Positions 1 through 12,255 of a stretch of 64,000 bases of DNA are shown in pieces. This stretch comes from Isurus oxyrinchus (Eukaryota). A model generated the notes under the pieces. The model saw only the letters and a program-made list of their open reading frames with translations. It was not told where the DNA came from and did no database searches. The stretch lies in assembly GCA_026770705.1 (NCBI GenBank), contig JANJGN010000021.1:99076001-99140000 (forward strand). Reading direction: 5' to 3'. Position 1 is the stretch's first letter. Every line of letters begins with the position of its first letter. The position numbers and the translations under genes were made by a program.

Positions 1-37
1 CTGTGTGTGGGGGAATTAAATCAGTTCCATTCAACAC

Positions 38-245
38 AGTGTCCTGTACTCCCAGTACTGGAGATTCCCCCACACTCACTCTGTCCCCTCAGTTCCACAT
101 TCCCCTCTCTCTCACTCTCCCCTCTCAGTGTCCTGTACTCCCAGTACTGGAGATTCCCCCACACTCACTCTGTCCCTTCAATTCTACATTCCCTTCTCTC
201 TCACTCTCCCCTCTCAGTGTCCTGTACTCCCAGTACTGGAGGTTC
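38..245. repeat. 60-bp minisatellite (~3.5 units) of the class I TM-cytoplasmic intron type; part of a further minus-strand class I fragment running off the left edge
   Basis: Unit agtgtcctgtactcccagtactggagattcccccacactcactctgtcccctcagttccacattcccctctctctcactctcccctctc, with the same left flank (1-37) as at ~6805 and ~52150. Confidence 0.9.
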
Positions 246-384
246 CGCCCATACTCATGAGGGTGTGGAATCAAACCGATGTGCCCGGATGGTCCAAGAT
301 GAGGGGATGATTCCGGCAGGCTGGGATTAGAATGATACAAAGATTTATTAAAATGAAGTTCCTGATATACAGCAGTGGGAAACA

Positions 385-485
385 CAGCCTGCCATTGACG
401 GGCGGAGCAGACAATTGGAAACTGCTTTCACTATGTTGTGAAATGGATTTTTGACATTCCCGTCATATTGTCCACTCACGCCCAC
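385..485 (-). mobile_element. Harbinger-type terminal fragment
   Basis: Reverse complement resembles the element ends at 41113 and 52963 (ggacaatatg...gtgaaagcagtttccaat). Confidence 0.5.
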
Positions 486-806
486 CACAGAAACATAGAA
501 ACTAGGAGCAGGAGTAGGTCACTCAGCCCTTTGAGCCTGCTCCGCAATTCAATATGATCATGGGGTCCCTCTATCTCAACGCCATTGACCAGCTCTATCC
601 CCAGACACCTCATGCCTTCGGAGTCCATGATGTCTGATGAGAATGGGATGGGAAAATTTCACACTTGTATTAACTCACCCCGTTAACATTGAACTGAACC
701 CCAACAACTGCCCATTCCAAGACCCACAAGTTGCTGAGTGAATGAATTAAACCTTTCTTGTGAAATCAGTAAAGAAGAATTCAGACAAGTCAACTACGGA
801 CAGTTA

Positions 807-1226
807 TTTATTGACAGCAAATCACAATGATCAGCACTTGTAGTGAAACATTGATGATGAGATTTTTCTCCATAAATATACTTTAATCATAAAATTTATA
901 AATATATGTTATAAAACAGTGTAAATCTGACATTACAGAAAGTGCAAAATAGATCAGCTTCACATTGTGGATACTGAATGGAAACACTACTTGAGAAAGT
1001 CTCACTTGAAGAATCAGGATCCCAATCTGGTGGATCCAGGATCCACTGTTCAATCTGTGGAAGCACATTCCCAGGAAAAATAGATCTCCATCATCAAAGC
1101 ACTCAGTGTAAACAATGAGCTGTGAATCTGTCTGTCTGCTGTGATATGGAAGGATGGACAATGATGTCCATGTTCACACTAGAACAGGCAAATCCAGTTA
1201 TTCATCAATGAGGCTCTGGGAATGTC
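807..1226 (-). other. Module D terminal 3'UTR exon with AATAAA (807-812)
   Basis: Acceptor ttccactgcag|gacatt at 1227/1226; paralogous to 27208-27776 and 48886-49454. Confidence 0.7.
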
Positions 1227-1286
1227 CTGCAGTGGAACACAGTAAACCCACGAGGTAAGGAATGGACAGAAACAGGGCATTCGGTT

Positions 1287-1612
1287 CAGGGTCAGGAGGA
1301 CAGTGAAATTAGTCTGACAGGTTTTAACAGTGTCTGGGAGGGTGAGACAGGGTCAGGAGGACAGTGAAATTAATCTGACAGGTTTTAACAGTGTCTGTGA
1401 GGGTGAGACAGGGTCAGGAGGACAGAGAAATTAGTCTGACAGGACTTAACAGAGTCTGGGAGGGTGAGACAGGGTCAGGAGGACAGAGAAATTAGTCTGA
1501 CAGGTTTTAACAGTGTCTGGGAGGGTGAGACAGGGTCAGGAGGGCAGTGAAATTAGTCTGACAGGTTTTAACAGCGTCTGGGAGGGTGAGACAGGGTCAG
1601 GAAGGGACTGAA
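1287..1612. repeat. 61-bp minisatellite (~5 units) in the last intron of module D
   Basis: Unit cagggtcaggagg(a/g)cagtgaaattagtctgacaggttttaacagtgtctgggagggtgaga. Confidence 0.95.
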
Positions 1613-1663
1613 AATGTTACAACAATACCAATGGGGGAAAAATTGAAGATGTCACTTACTGAA

Positions 1664-1695
1664 TCAGGAAGGTTCTGAAACAGAAACATCAGAAG
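1664..1695 (-). CDS. MHC class I-like module D, last coding exon (TSDVSVSEPS*)
   Basis: ctcag acceptor, phase 1, TGA at 1666-1664, donor gtaagt 4 nt later; paralogue of 26561-26592. Confidence 0.75.
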
Positions 1696-1939
1696 CTGAG
1701 AAAATAAAAACAGAATGTGAGAAACAGAATAAAAGATAAAGATTGAGAGTGTGAGACATTCTATGTCACGCACTGAGCCCAGGATTCAATCACCTCCCAG
1801 CATTAACTAAACTAACTCACACATGGTAAATGAGCACAGAGGGAGTGGAGGGTGAGGGAGTGGAGGATGAGGCAGTGGAGGGTGAGAGAAAGGAGGGCAT
1901 GATGTGGAGGGTGAGACAGTGGAGGGTGCAGGCATGGAG

Positions 1940-2740
1940 GATGATTGACTGGAGAAAGACAGTGAATCCTGCTGTGGAATTTGAGTAGAATGTTCCTATC
2001 TTCTCCGGTATTGACTTGACTAAGAGGTGATCTCATTGAAGCAGATAAAAATTCTGAGAGGATTTGACAGGGAAGACATTGAGAATCTCTTTCCCCTGTC
2101 AGGAGAGTCCAGATCCAGGATTCCCAGTCTCAGGATAAGGGATCAGTCAGTTTGGGCTGAGATGGGGAAATGTCTTCACTCAGAGAGTTGTGAATCTTTG
2201 GAATTGTCTATCCAGAGGGTTGTGGATGATCAGGTGATGAGTACATTCAGCACTAAGATCCATCGATTCTGCAGCACTGAGGGGATCAAGGGATCTGGGA
2301 ATGATGTGGGAACATGGAATTGTAACTGAGTTGAAGTGAAGTCCCCTAGAATCATAGAAACTTTCAGCACAAATGAAATCCATTCTGCCCATCTATCCCT
2401 GCTGGCTCTTGAAACGACAATTATGCTTTGTCCCAGATTCTCGCATTTTGTCTTGATTCCTGTAAGTTCCGCATTCTCAAATATCTGTTCAACCCCCTTT
2501 TAATATTATTTATGGGTTCGGCTTCCACTACATTTTCAGGTGAACTGTTCCCGATCCCGACAACTCCCAGAGTGAAAAACATTTCTCCTCTTCTCCTCTC
2601 TGGATCACTGAGCAGTGATTGTAAATCTATAACCTCTCGTTATCGATCACTCACCAGATAGAATCATTTGTCTCTATCTACTCTATCAAAACGTTTCATC
2701 ATCTGGAAACTCTCTACTCAATGACCTCTTAACCTTCTCT
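1940..2740. mobile_element. Two decayed CR1 LINE 3' fragments (+ ~1940-2340, - ~2350-2740)
   Basis: RGDLIE..KIL.GFDR.D.E.LFPL.GESR.R motif and CR1 3' tail in opposite orientations. Confidence 0.7.
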
Positions 2741-2759
2741 GTGCCAAGGGGACAGTCTG

Positions 2760-5690
2760 AAGTTTTCCAAGGGAGGTTGGGAAGGTTTCAAACTAACTCG
2801 GCAGGGAAATGGGAAGCAGGAGATGCCAAGGTGCACAGAATATTGGGAAAGATAGATCACACGAGAGCTGGGAATCGGAAGTTAATAGTTGGGGTCAGGA
2901 TAAAAGAAATTAATAGAGTCTAAGTCAGGGTTACAGTGCATGTGTGTGAATGTACAGAGTGTGATAAATAAGATTGGTGAGTTTCAGGTGCAGGTTACTA
3001 TGGGGAATTGCAATGTTGTGCCGATATCAGAGTCCTGGCACAAAGAACTGCACGACTGGGCATTAAACATCCCTCGATACAAGGTGTTCAGAAAAGATAG
3101 GAAAGGACGAAAAGGAGGAGGGGTGGTGTTATTGTTTAAGGGAAGTATTGTAGTGCTGGAGAATGAGGATGACCCAGAGGAGTCAAGGACAGAAGGTGTT
3201 CGGCTAGAGATAAGTAACAAAAAGGGTGCAGTTACATTGCACGGTGTATTCTGTAGGTCCACAAGCAATGGGAAGGATGTAGATGAACAAATTTGCAAGG
3301 AAATTACAGAGAGGTACAGAAATTTATAATGTACTTATAATGGGGAACTTTAATTATCCAAATATAGACTGGGATAGTCTTATTGTGAAGGGCAGAGAGG
3401 GTCAAATTACTAGATTGTGTTCTGGAATATTTCCTACAGCAGTATATGTCCATTCCAACAAGAATGGAGGCACAACTACACCTGGTTCGTGGGAATGAGT
3501 TGGACCAAGTAGATCAAGTAGCAGTAGGGACGCATTTCGGGGACCATGTTGATTGTATCATAAGGTTTAGGCTGACGATGGAAAAATTGGAAAAAATTGG
3601 AGTCAAAGGTTGGCTGGAAAAACAGCCAATAGTCAACGGGCTGCCTACAAAGAAGAGATAGTTCAGGCACAGTCAAGGTATATTCCCTCGAAAGGGAAAG
3701 GGAGAGCAAACAAACCCAGAGCTGCCTGGATGACAAAGGAGGTAGAAATTAAGATTGTGTGCTTGTGACAGGTGTCAGGCAGAAACTAACAGTGAGAACC
3801 AGGCTGAATATAGAAGGCTCAAGGGAGACGTGAAGAAGTAAATAAGGGAAGCAAAGAGTGAGTATGAAAAGAGACAGGCAGGTAATATAAAAGGGAATCC
3901 CAAAGTCTTATATAGGCAGGTAAATAGTAAAAGGATGACTAAAAGGAGGAGTAGAGATGATGGGGACCAAAAAGGGGTTTTACACATGGAGACAGAGAGA
4001 ATATCTGAGGTATGAAATGAATATTTTGTATCTGTCTTTACAAAGGAAGAAGGAGCCAAACAAGCCATGATATAAGAGAATGCAATTTCGACACCAGAGG
4101 AGTTTAAAATTGAAGAGGAGGCATCAGATAGGCTGCCTGTACTTAGAGTTGATAAGGCACTGGGACTGGATGAGATGCACCCAAGGATAATGTGAGAAGA
4201 GAGAGTGGAAATTGCAGCGGCACTGGCCATAATTTATCATCTTCCATAGTCTCAGGGGTGGTGCCAGAGGACTGGAGAATGGCAAATGTTCAAAAAAGGC
4301 TGGAAGGACCAGTCAGTTTAACTTCGGTGCTGGGGAAAATTCTAGAAGCAATAAATCAGGATAAAGTTAATAGTCATGTGGACAAATGCAGGTTAATTAA
4401 AGAAAGCTAGCATGGATTTCTTAAGGGAAAATCATGTTGAACTAACTTGCTGGAGTGTTTTGAACCGGTAACAAAGAGGATTGATGAGGACAATGATGTT
4501 GATGTGGTGAACACGGACTTCCAAAAGGCATTTGATACAGTTCCACATAACAAATGTGTGAGCAAAGTTATAGCTCTTAGAATAAAAGGGACAGGAGCAA
4601 CATGGATATGGAATTAACTGAATGACAGGAAACAGAGAGTTGTGGTTAATGGATGTTTTGCAGACTGGGGGAAGGTTTGTAGGGGAGTTTCCCAGGGGTC
4701 AGTGTTGGGACCACTGCTTCTCCTGATCTACAGTAATGACCAAGGCCTTGGTGGACAAGACACAATTTCAATGTTTGTGAGTGATACAAAACTCGGAGAC
4801 ATTGTGAACTGTGAGAGGATAATGAAAAACGTCAAAGGGATATCAACAAGTTGGTGGAACGAATGGACAGGTGGAAGATAAAGTTCAATGTAGAGAAATG
4901 TGAAGTGATTAATTTTGTTTGAAGGAACATGGAGAGACAGTAGAAAATAGGGGTAAAACTCTAAAGAGGTTGCAGGATCAGAGGGACCTGGGTGTACATG
5001 TGCATTGAAGGTGGCACGGCAGGTTGAGAGCGTGGTTAATACAGCATATGGCAGCCTGGGCTTTATTATTAGGGACGCAGAGTAAAAGGGCAAGGAGGTG
5101 AAGATGAACTTGTAAATGACACTAGTAAGACCTCAGCTGGAGTCTTGAGTACAGTTGTGGGCACCAAATATTTAGGAAGAATGTGAATAATTTGAGAGAG
5201 AGCAGAAAAGATTCATGAGAGTGGTTCCAGGATGAGAAACATCAGTTATGAAGATAGATTGGTGAGATAACGAATGTTTCACTTGGAGAAAAGAAGATTG
5301 AGAGGAGGTTCAACTGAGGTCTTCAAAATTATGAGGGGTCTGGACAGAGTAGATATGGAGAACCTGTACCTACTTGTGAAAGGATCCAGGAAGAGAGAGC
5401 AGAGGTTTAAAGTAATTAGCGAAAGAAGCAAAAGTGAGATGAGGAAAAAACATTTCACACAGTGAGTGGTTAAGGTTTGGAATGCACTGCCTGCGAGTGT
5501 GGTGGAGGCAGGTTCAATTGCAGCATTCAAAAGAGAATTAGACCGTTATCTGAAAGGGAAGAATGTGTAAGGATGCGGGGGAAAGACAGGAGAATGGCAC
5601 TAAGTCATAATGCTCATTCGGAGAGCTGGTGCAGACACGATGGGCCAAATGGCCTCCTTCGGCACTGTAGCAATTCTGTGATTCTGTGAC
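2760..5690 (+). mobile_element. CR1 LINE ORF2 remnant (APE endonuclease + RT)
   Basis: NVQSVINK, GNFNYPNIDW, GVSQGSVLGPLL motifs broken by stops; 3' terminal (attctgtg)n at ~5673-5689. Confidence 0.92.
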
Positions 5691-5819
5691 TCAATGTTTC
5701 CTGTTGATGTCGAGGATCAGTCATGAACTTATTGAATAGTGGATCATGCCTGAGGAGCCAAATGGCCCATTTCTGTTCCTATTTCTTATGTTCATCTCTC
5801 TGAGTCAGTGACTCCAGGT

Positions 5820-6145
5820 GTGGAGAGGAGGGAGTGGAGAGGGAGGGAATGGAGAAGGAGGGAGTGGAGAGGGACGGAGTGGGGAGAGAGAGAGTGGTGA
5901 GGGAATGGAGAGGAAGGAAGTAGCGAGAGAGGGAGTGGCGTGGGAGGGAGTGGAGAGGGAGGGAGTGGAGATGGAGGGAGTGGAAGGGAGGCAGTGGAGA
6001 GGGAGGGAATGGAGAGGGAGGGAGTGGAGAGGGAGGGAGTGGGGTGGGAGATAGTGGTGAGGGAGTGGAGAGGAAGGAATTAGCAAGGGAGGGAGTGGTG
6101 TGGGAGGGAGTGGAGAGGGAGGGAGTGGAGAGGGAGGGACTGGAG
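5820..6145. repeat. (GGAGTGGAGAGGGAG)-like purine-rich simple repeat
   Basis: Direct inspection; complementary CT-rich tracts occur at 21975-22580 and 26025-26410 in the paralogous intron of gene A. Confidence 0.85.
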
Positions 6146-6483
6146 ATGTCTCTATTCTGATCCCCAATTCTAGACTGACCCAGTCAACCTCGTGAAAGTA
6201 ACAAAGTCTCTGATAATTATTTCAATGCTCGACTAACTTTCATCAAGATTGTAAAATAATTCATAAACACAACAGAACAAGTTCCATAATTTCCCTGTTG
6301 CTGTCGGATTATAGATGAACCGAGTGAAATCTGGAAGAACAACTTCAAAGACCAGTCACATCTTTCCGATTGTTTCTCTGTGGGATCGAGAATCTCCTTC
6401 CAGAGAATTCCCAGGAGAATGCAATTCTACAACTTTCAATCCCTCCTATTTCGTTCCCAACAATCTGTCCCTCAGTCACTTAC

Positions 6484-6516
6484 TCTGAACTGTTGTGTAG
6501 GTCACTCTTGGTGAAT
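6484..6516 (-). CDS. MHC class I-like module D, 33-nt cytoplasmic exon (DSPRVTYTTVQ)
   Basis: ttctgcag acceptor, gtaagt donor, phase 1-1; paralogue of 21835-21867. Confidence 0.85.
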
Positions 6517-6837
6517 CTGCAGAAGCAAAATAAAGGTCAGTTAGAATGAGGAATAATCCATTATCAAAGAGTGAGAACATAACAAGTGTGAGGGAATGGA
6601 GATTGTGTAAGAAATACTCATTCCCACACTCCCCTCCATCCTTACACTTTATGGAGATCCTGTCGATCTCTTCCAAGCCATCATTATCCAGTAGGTGAGG
6701 ATGTTAGTGTGTGTAGTGGGTTTATTGATCAATATTAGACCTGGTCTGGGCTGATTACACAAAGGAAGGTCAGACAGGGAACAAGACGTGTTTATATGTG
6801 TGTATCTGTGTGTGGGTATTAAATCAGTTCCACTGAA

Positions 6838-7182
6838 TACAGTGACCTGTACTCCCAGTACCGGAGATTCCCCCACACTCACTCTGTCCCCTCAGTTCCA
6901 CATTCCCCTCTCTCTCACTCTCCCCTCTCAGTGTCCTGTACTCCCACTACTGGAGATTCCCCCACACTCACTCTGTCCCCTCAGTTCCACATTCCCCTCT
7001 CTCTCACTCTCCCCTCTCAGTGTCCTGTACTCCCAGTACTGGAGATTCCCCCACACTCACTCTGTCTCCACAGTTCCACATTCCCCTCTCTCTCACTCTC
7101 CCCTCTCAGTGTCCTGTACTCCCAGTACTGGAGATTCCCCCACACTCACTCTGTCTCCACAGTTCCACATTCCCCTCTCTCT
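6838..7182. repeat. 60-bp minisatellite (~5.7 units) in the TM-cytoplasmic intron of D
   Basis: Same unit as 38-245. Confidence 0.95.
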
Positions 7183-7191
7183 GATTCTTAC

Positions 7192-7308
7192 CTCTCTGTT
7201 GCCTAATCCAGATGATTATTGCGATTATCAGAAGTAGAGCAGCCAGTGCAGCGACTAATCCAAATATCATTCCAAGATGGGAGCGTCCTGCACTGTTTTC
7301 CAGGATTT
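7192..7308 (-). CDS. MHC class I-like module D, connecting peptide/transmembrane exon (EILENSAGRSHLGMIFGLVAALAALLLIIAIIIWIRQQR)
   Basis: 117 nt, tttcag/gtaag, phase 1-1, hydrophobic helix followed by basic residues; no alpha exons found upstream on this strand before gene A. Confidence 0.85.
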
Positions 7309-7884
7309 CTGAAACACATTTGAATACTATGAGGATTGGCTCTCTGTTTCCGGATCCATTCCCAGTTCCGTGTTAATTGGGGACAATTTTAACCAAAGCT
7401 GCCCATTGGGAATTGATGGGATTGGTTGAAACGCTGGTTTTCCACTCGCCGATTTCACTCTCCGGTGAAGTCACTAAAGTGTCCCATTGATGGTGGTGGA
7501 AAAGCCGTGTTGTCCCAATCCCGTGGGTTCCCTTCCCGGACAGTTCAGTTCTAATTCTCCCCGATGTCTCAGTGTCCTGTCCTTGTTCAATCCCCAGGGT
7601 TACATTGTACGGCCCAGGAGGCAGCATCACTGATGCTTTTCACATCAAACTTCAAAGGGATGAGCTAGAAACTGACCGCAGGAAACTGGGCTGAGCTGAT
7701 AATGAGGAAAACCACAGCTAAACAGAGTAAACGCTTCAGAAGAAGCACTCAGTACAATCCAACAGCAGGACTTAGTCCTAAACTACTACAGTGAACCCGC
7801 CACGGTCAACACAGGAAATAAGTGAGAGAATCCAGATCAAAGAAAAATCTCCACAAATGTCCAGAGATTGAGTTCCAGATACTT

Positions 7885-8322
7885 AGACAAGGATCAGCTG
7901 ATCAAAGAGAGACAGGATGGATTTGTGAATGGGAGCTCATGTCTGACTCATCTCATTGAATTTTATGAGGAGCTCAGTAACATGGTGGATAAGGGAGTGT
8001 CTATGGATCTGGTCTAGATGGACTTCTAAAAGGTCATTGATCGGGTTCCACACAAGAGATTATTGACAATTACCAGAGTGTTTGGAAATGGAGATGATCT
8101 TTGACATGGGGTGAAAATTGGTTGGAAGGTTGGAGACAGAGAATGGGGATAAAGGGAATGTGCTCCCATTGGCAGGATGTGATAAGTTGTATTCCCCAAG
8201 GATCTGTCCTGGGGCCTCTGCTTTTCACCGTCTATATTCATGATTTGGATGCAGGAACAGAGAGTTGTATATCCAAGTTTACAGATGACACTAAATTAGG
8301 AGACACAGTGAAGGGGCATTGA
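7885..8322 (+). mobile_element. CR1 RT fragment
   Basis: IPQGSVLGPLLFTVYIHDLD...SKFTDDTKLG. Confidence 0.85.
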
Positions 8323-8332
8323 CACATTGAAT

Positions 8333-8441
8333 GGGTGAAATTCATCTGCCATAAACAAGGGATTTGGTTGGACATGTGCACAAATCAGTGAAGGCTGTGG
8401 TTTGTGGACTGCTGCATAAACCTGGCTTAAGTCTTATAGCG

Positions 8442-8485
<44 letters not shown>

Positions 8486-10742
8486 AAACAGTGTGGGTAT
8501 TCATGGAGTGGGTGCTGTAGAGAGAGACCAGAGTGGGGGATTCAGCCTGTTCACTGCACTCTCCTCCTGTTAGTTTGACCCCCTGTCCTCACTCTCCTCC
8601 TGTTAGTTTGACCCCCTGCCCTCACTCTCCTCCTGTTAGTTTGACTCCCTCCCCTCACTCCCCTCCTGTTAGTTTGACTCCCTCCCCTCACACTCCTCCT
8701 GTTAGTTTGACTGTAGTGTGACTGTCAATCACAATGGGACGGCCACCTCTACAGGAGGACGTCTGCAGCTGGCAATGGGGGCACAACTGTCAGACATTGT
8801 GTGAAGAGGGACAACACCTTCCGCAGGACAGGCAGAACCTGAACAGCCGGAGGGTAGAGGAGAGGAAAGGGGGCAGGAAGGACACAGAGATCATACCTTC
8901 AACACAGGATTCACCAGCAGAGACGGAGCTACCTGGAGATGACTGAGTCCCAGAGCCACAGGAGACTGTGATCCTCCAGGCAGAAGGTCACTGACATCCG
9001 CACCCTGTTGCCGAAGAGCTGGACCCTCACAGCGATGGCCGCTAGGTCCTTCCTGTAACCGTCAATGTCTCTGTGCCCTTTAACCTCTTCACTCCTGGCT
9101 CATTCCTTGGATCAGCTGAGTACCTTAGTGACATCTCACAAACAGCTGCCCACCACAGCATCTGGCTGGGCACTGATGCCCTCTTTCCCACAGCTGGACA
9201 GTACTTGTATTTCACAACAGACCCAACGTCACAAGCACAGAGGGCATTGGGTTCACCTCCATTGCCGGATTCTCCCTGGTTCAGGGCACCATCCATTGTA
9301 TCCAGGTGGCCATCGAGATGCCCAGTGACCTGCAGTGAATCCATCAACAAAAACGACACCCACCCGCTCAATATCCACCTGGTCTGTGACCACAACAAGA
9401 GCTCCCTCCATGTGTGCACGCTCTCTCTCCTGGCAGCTGGAATGGTGTTTCATCCTCCCCCAGTCCAGTCTGCCTCACATCTTCACTCCAACCCCCACAG
9501 TGTGTGGATGGATCTGAGGGGACAAGGGAAATCCCTGAAGGAGATGGTTACTCACCCTCTACTGGAGTCCCAGACAGAGGGACAGAGGTGATACACCCAA
9601 TGTCACTGACTCACTCAGAGAAACATTGATCAGGGTATCGGGTTTCTGAAGATGTGTCTCTGGTGTGTGAATGGGTTGGGTGGATCCTCCAGTACCCTCC
9701 TGCAGGGGTCTCGGTCACTGTGGTAGTCTGCTGCTCTCTCCATAACATGGCCCTCCAGAGAGGAGTGGACCCTGAGGATAGTGAGGCCCTGGAAGGAGAC
9801 AGTTCATCGGGGGGAGGAACAGGAGGTGAGAGAGGAGGAGAAAGTGGAGGTGGAGGGAGATGACACTGAACAGAGAGGTGACCTGGCTGTACAGTGAGGC
9901 GGCCAGGTACAGCTGGGGATGTGATGGGGTTGTGAGGATGTCATGAATGTCAGGAATCTCTTGATTCAGGAACGTTTCAGCTGAATCCCCCTCCCGACCC
10001 AGGGTGAGAGACAGGACATGGAAGGGATTCTGAGATCCCTGTGCTAATACAGGTATAGAAGAGGCAGCCTGGAATATCTCATCACTGACCATCAGTGATG
10101 GGAGCACATCTGTCCAGAGACTTTTCCCTCATTGTGGAGGATCCCAATATCTCACCACCTCATCCCGCTTTTCCTGTCTCTGCAGCAATAACTAGAGTCC
10201 CCAACGTCTGACTGAAACTGTCATCATTTACACAGTGTAAAGAGAGGAAAACAGTAGAGAGAGAGAGACAGTAAGAACACCCCCCAGTGACCCACTCAGT
10301 GCCCTGTGTGACACCCTGCCCTCCTCCTGCCACCCTCCAGGAAGATCACCTCCCTCCTCTCCCTCACAGCCTCCAGCATTACATCCAGGTTGGCATCGAT
10401 AAAGTGAGGGGCAGCCCTGTCCCAGGTGCCAGGGCCTCCATCTCTCCTGTGCCATCTCACTTCCCTCTGCTGCTGTGGGAGCTTTGGCACAAGCACCAGC
10501 TTCTCCTTGAGGACAAGCAGCAGCTTCAGTGATGTCTGTCGTGGGGAGTGTCAATCAGTCCCACACTTCATCTGTCCCAGCTCCATCCCCACCCCCACTG
10601 GCTCTAAGTGGACAGGGAACCTGTCTCCATATCACTTACAGGGGCAACCCTGTGGAAATCTGAACTTTCATCACCTTCCCACCGGAGGCAGCTTCCTGAC
10701 CCCAAAACACACCCGGATCCTGCTTCCTGCTGAAATTTCAGC
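8333..10742. mobile_element. Decayed PIF/Harbinger transposon (HARBI1-like transposase on +, Myb/SANT-like ORF on -); contains (CA)n 8445-8488 and a 33-bp tandem repeat 8560-8712
   Basis: 9073-9400 GSFLGSAEYLSDISQTAAHHSI..TDALF...INKN..HPLNIHLVCDH; 10296-10496 RAAPHFIDANLDVMLEAVRERREVIF; ends approximate. Confidence 0.75.
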
Positions 10743-10746
10743 TTTT

Positions 10747-10987
10747 ACTTTCTGTTTCCCAGCCTGAATCTCACTGTGTCTGTGTTTGATCTTCCTGGTA
10801 ACTGGTGACAAGGGATAGTTTATCCATTCAATTGGGTATTTTTCTGAGACTAACCAATCATTCACCCTCTGGTTGTGTAATCAGGAAATGATCAAGCTTT
10901 GAGATAAACAGTTTGTGTTGTTTTTCCCAGTTTATGAACAGGATTAGTTTCCCTCCTCAGAGTGTTTCATTCCCAGCCCCTGATTGG
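10747..10987 (+). promoter_or_regulatory. Gene A promoter: ISRE/IRF-E (10747-10759), X1-X2 box (10794-10812), Y box ATTGG (10831-10835), further CCAAT (10854-10858, 10983-10987)
   Basis: actttctgtttcc; cctggtaactggtgacaag + 18 nt + attgg, ~200 nt upstream of the leader ATG. Confidence 0.75.
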
Positions 10988-11010
10988 AACAGGGAGAGTG
11001 GATTCCCAGA

Positions 11011-11062
11011 ATGTTGCTGATCCTTTTCTCCATCTCCCTGTGTTTTTCCTGGGTCTCTCCCG
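11011..11062 (+). CDS. MHC class I-like gene A, leader exon (MLLILFSISLCFSWVSP)
   Basis: ATG 11011, hydrophobic signal peptide, phase-1 donor gtaagt at 11063 matching the alpha1 phase. Confidence 0.85.
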
Positions 11063-11664
11063 GTAAGTACAGAATTCAGCCCTCCATTCTCACTCTCACT
11101 CTCTCTCTCTCTCTGGGGTTAATTGGAATCTTTTAATTTTGGACAATTTTACTGCACACCGATTGGGAGAAGCAAAACCTGGTCTAACATCTTCAAAACA
11201 CTACGGAGAGGGGAAAGATAACCCATGTTTAACCCAACCCATGGTGAGCTGTGATGTACTTCCGGTTGAATAGACCAGATTATCTCAGACCACCAACATC
11301 CTCCTGACCCTGTATAAAGGGGTGATTAAAAAGTTCTGTGAGGGACAGTGGAGATCCTGCTCTGGATTGTCCATCACCCTGTTTGACAGTCAGACTGTTC
11401 ATACAGTGACTGTCCCCTCCTATGATATCACACTTCATCCTCCCAAATATTCCTCTTTCTCTTCATTTCAATCCGGAATTCATTCACACCACATGTTCCC
11501 TGGTTATGATGATAACCAACAGACCTGCCCTCAGGTTATTCTGAATTCCTCGCTCCAGGTGTTTCCTGATCAGGAGGATCTCCTCAATATCACACTGCAG
11601 ATGTTCCCTGGTCAGGAGGGTCTCCTCAGTATCTCTCTCTAGATGTTCCCTGGTTAGTTTATAG

Positions 11665-11950
11665 ATTGTTGATAGACCAGGTGTGTCCCTAGTTACTGTT
11701 CCAGGTTAGTGATAGACCAGGTGTGCCCCAAGTTACTGTTCCAGGTTAATGATAGACCGGCTGTGTCCCAGGCTACTGTTCCAGGTTAGTGATAGACTGA
11801 ATGTGTCCCAGGTTACTGTTCCAGGTTAGTGATAGACCAGTTGTGTCCCAGGTTACTGTTCCAGGTTAGTGATAGACTGGGTGTGCCCCAGCTTACTGTT
11901 CCAGGTTAGTGATAGACCGGATGTGTCCCAGTTACTGTACCAGATCAGTG
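11665..11950. repeat. 40-bp minisatellite (~7 units) in the leader-alpha1 intron
   Basis: Unit gatagaccaggtgtgtcccaggttactgttccaggttagt. Confidence 0.9.
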
Positions 11951-12255
11951 ATCTTCTGTTTAACACTCTAATCCCTGGATTGTGTCCCAGACTCTCCAAC
12001 ATATCCACACTGACTCCATCGGGTGTCTGAGTGACTCTGATTCCTGGTTTACTCCCTGTTCTGAGAGGCTGCAGCATCTAATTCTGACCCAGTTTAAACA
12101 GATTCTGTTTATAATATCAGACAGGATTCTGACATTGTGATAAAGTGGTGGATTATTGGAGATTGTCACTGTGTGGATGGGCCTCACTTTGATCAGGTGG
12201 TCATGTGTGGAAATGTTTATTAACCTTTCCCTTTACTTGGTTAATTGTTTTACAG

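Noticed and set aside
35-70. CACAGTG heptamer at the minisatellite edge (possible RAG signal; also at ~52184)
   Set aside because: No ACAAAAACC-like nonamer at 12 or 23 nt
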